The notes under the pieces were generated by a model that made no database searches, was not told the DNA's origin, and saw nothing but the letters and a program-made list of their open reading frames with translations. DNA of 64,000 nt from Podarcis melisellensis (Eukaryota): assembly GCA_964234715.1 (NCBI GenBank), contig OZ174284.1; one strand, written 5' to 3'. The translations under genes and the position numbers were made by a program. Below, piece by piece: positions 61,991 to 64,000 of this stretch. Position 1 is the stretch's first letter; each line of letters starts with the position of its first letter.

Positions 61991-62050
61991 CTGTGGTATT
62001 TGACCCTAACCAATGGCAGCGGGGTGCCTGGTTTGTGGGAGGGTGGTACA
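61990..62050 (-). promoter_or_regulatory. EPYC: Putative EPYC proximal promoter
   Basis: RUNX-type TGTGGT 61992-61997, nuclear-receptor half-site GGGTCA (minus) 62001-62006, CCAAT 62010-62014, G-rich boxes to about 62046. Confidence 0.45.
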
Positions 62051-64000
62051 GGAAGCTCTAATCCTGAGAAAATTCTTGGTGCTTAAACACCTTCATATCA
62101 CAATTTCTGAAAGAAGTCTAAGTGCAAAAGCTAATGATGTAACTGGGTGCAATTTGTTTTTGCAGAAAGAGGATTTAAAACCCATTACTACACCAGCTAA
62201 TACATCATTCAGCATTTCCAAGAATAAACAAAGTTCTGAACACTTGAGCCTGTGTTTTTTAAGCCTAGTAGTAAAAAAAGGAACAACTAAACACATTGCG
62301 TACCTTTTGTTATATAGTTTCTGTTAGCGTTAATACAATTATTTATTATTTTATTATGCCAAATGAACATTTAGTGTGCAAAGTGTGTTTCAGGAAATAT
62401 TTACATCCATCCTCTTAACAAGAAACTTGAGAAATACGATAATATTTTCACTAGACATTTGAGCAACTGAAGCTAAGAGGAAATGACATGCTCAAGACCA
62501 TCCAAAGAGCTCAGGGCTCAGTTGTTTGACCCAATTATCCCCAAATTAAAACATTGCAATAACTTCAGTCTAACCACCAAGAAGGATTTTCCTCTTCGCT
62601 AATTATGATGATAAATGAAACCCAGTGCAGTGCATTCCACACAATGTGTATTTTAATCCCAAAAATCACAACTGGAAATCATTTGGTAGGGTTTCACACG
62701 TTAGCTCCTATTGTCTCTTTGCAAGATGCTTTTCACAGTGAAACATATGCCTGCCACACTCAGAAATTGCTCTGGATTGACCAACACTGGTGCATGAGAA
62801 GATGCCAAGCGGTGTTCGTTTTGCAGCTCTTGGTAGCCAGCTGACATTCCCCAGAGTATTCAACAGAAATTTACACATACCTTTCTTCTTTAATCTTTAA
62901 TCCAGCTAGTGTAGAATGCAGCTGCTAAACTGGTAAGGGTGGCAGCTTATGGAGCCATCTGACATCAGGCTTGAAAGCACACAGTGACTGTCAGTGTGGG
63001 CCCAATTCAAGGTGTTAGTACAGTACTAACATATAAGACCCTACATGGCTTGGACCCAGTACCTAAAGGTGTCTTTCCCACTATCATCCATCTTGGATTC
63101 TAGAATCAATAGGTGAGGGCTTGTTGGTACTGTTACCACATGGAGCTGCCTGTTTAACAATGATCTGTGACAGGGCCTTGTCAGGGGTAGTCCCCCATTT
63201 GCAGACTGCCTTTCTGAGCGAGGAGTATCCCTCATTTCTGATTTTCCGGGGGGGGGGTATTTTAAAAATTCCAATGGACCCTGCCATTTGATGGCTGAAA
63301 GACACTATTCCTGGCAACCCTGAGACTGCTGATGGGAGTATATTTTTAACTTTTTTAAACAGAATGTTCATAAACTATTTTTATTTTTATTTTGCAATGT
63401 TTTCTTGGTGCTGGGTGTGCTGCTCTGGGCTCCTTCAGGAGGATGAGCAGAATATAAAATAAATAACAGTGACAACTGTTGCCAGCTTTGTCAGCTTCTG
63501 TAGTGCACGTGGAACACAGCACCTGCAAGTCTAGTCATCTTTTGGCATCTTTTCCTACACCTCAGTCAGCAAAGTGCCTTAGTGAAGGCATGGAGAGGAA
63601 TTGAAAATGTTTGTCCACAAAGTTTCTTCCTCAGTGATCCTGGGGGCACAGACTTCCTTCCGAGTAACAGTGACTTTGGTGACATGTTGGTGAAAGGGGC
63701 CCACACCATAATGCTGGCAGTCCTTCTGGGTGTAGTAACTTCTGCAACTGGGCTTTTCCACAGCCAGTTCTCCTCAGCAGGAACTGAGGCACTTTTGCAA
63801 AAATGGCCATTGCTCTCTCAAGGCACAGCCTTCTCAATAGCACATCCACCCACACCCTGGGTATGAGATAGGTCTCCTACTTCTCCACTAATAGACTAAA
63901 TAACTAACAAGCTCTCTCAGTTGCCCTGTGATGTTTAGATAAAGGGGGATATAGAAAATAAACAAATGGGCCCCCCTTCTTCCCCCACCCTCTTCAACTT

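Overview
Vertebrate genomic DNA, almost certainly a squamate and probably a lacertid lizard (Podarcis-type Sauria SINE copies). Two genes lie on the minus strand. EPYC (epiphycan, class III small leucine-rich proteoglycan) is complete: one putative non-coding exon plus six coding exons, 59237 to 42416, 951 nt, 316 aa, all introns GT-AG and in phase. About 7 kb downstream is an intronless CCER1 orthologue (ATG 35150 to stop 34386), matching the EPYC-CCER1 adjacency of mammals. Positions 1-34300 show no recognisable gene; they hold CR1, L2 and L1-clade LINEs, SINEs, hAT and Tc1/mariner MITEs and candidate conserved non-coding blocks. Main observations: (1) CCER1 has a HEXIM-like layout (basic HRR region, APxNTTQFxM, then acidic/coiled-coil), suggesting a germline P-TEFb/7SK regulator; (2) the CCER1 5' region is interrupted by one in-frame TAG and holds an out-of-frame relic of the mammalian N-terminus; (3) a compact spermatocyte/spermatid-type promoter precedes CCER1; (4) this epiphycan has no Ser-Gly glycosaminoglycan site; (5) an L1-clade insertion shows a clean twin-priming 5' inversion. 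All comparisons to human proteins are from memory and need alignment.
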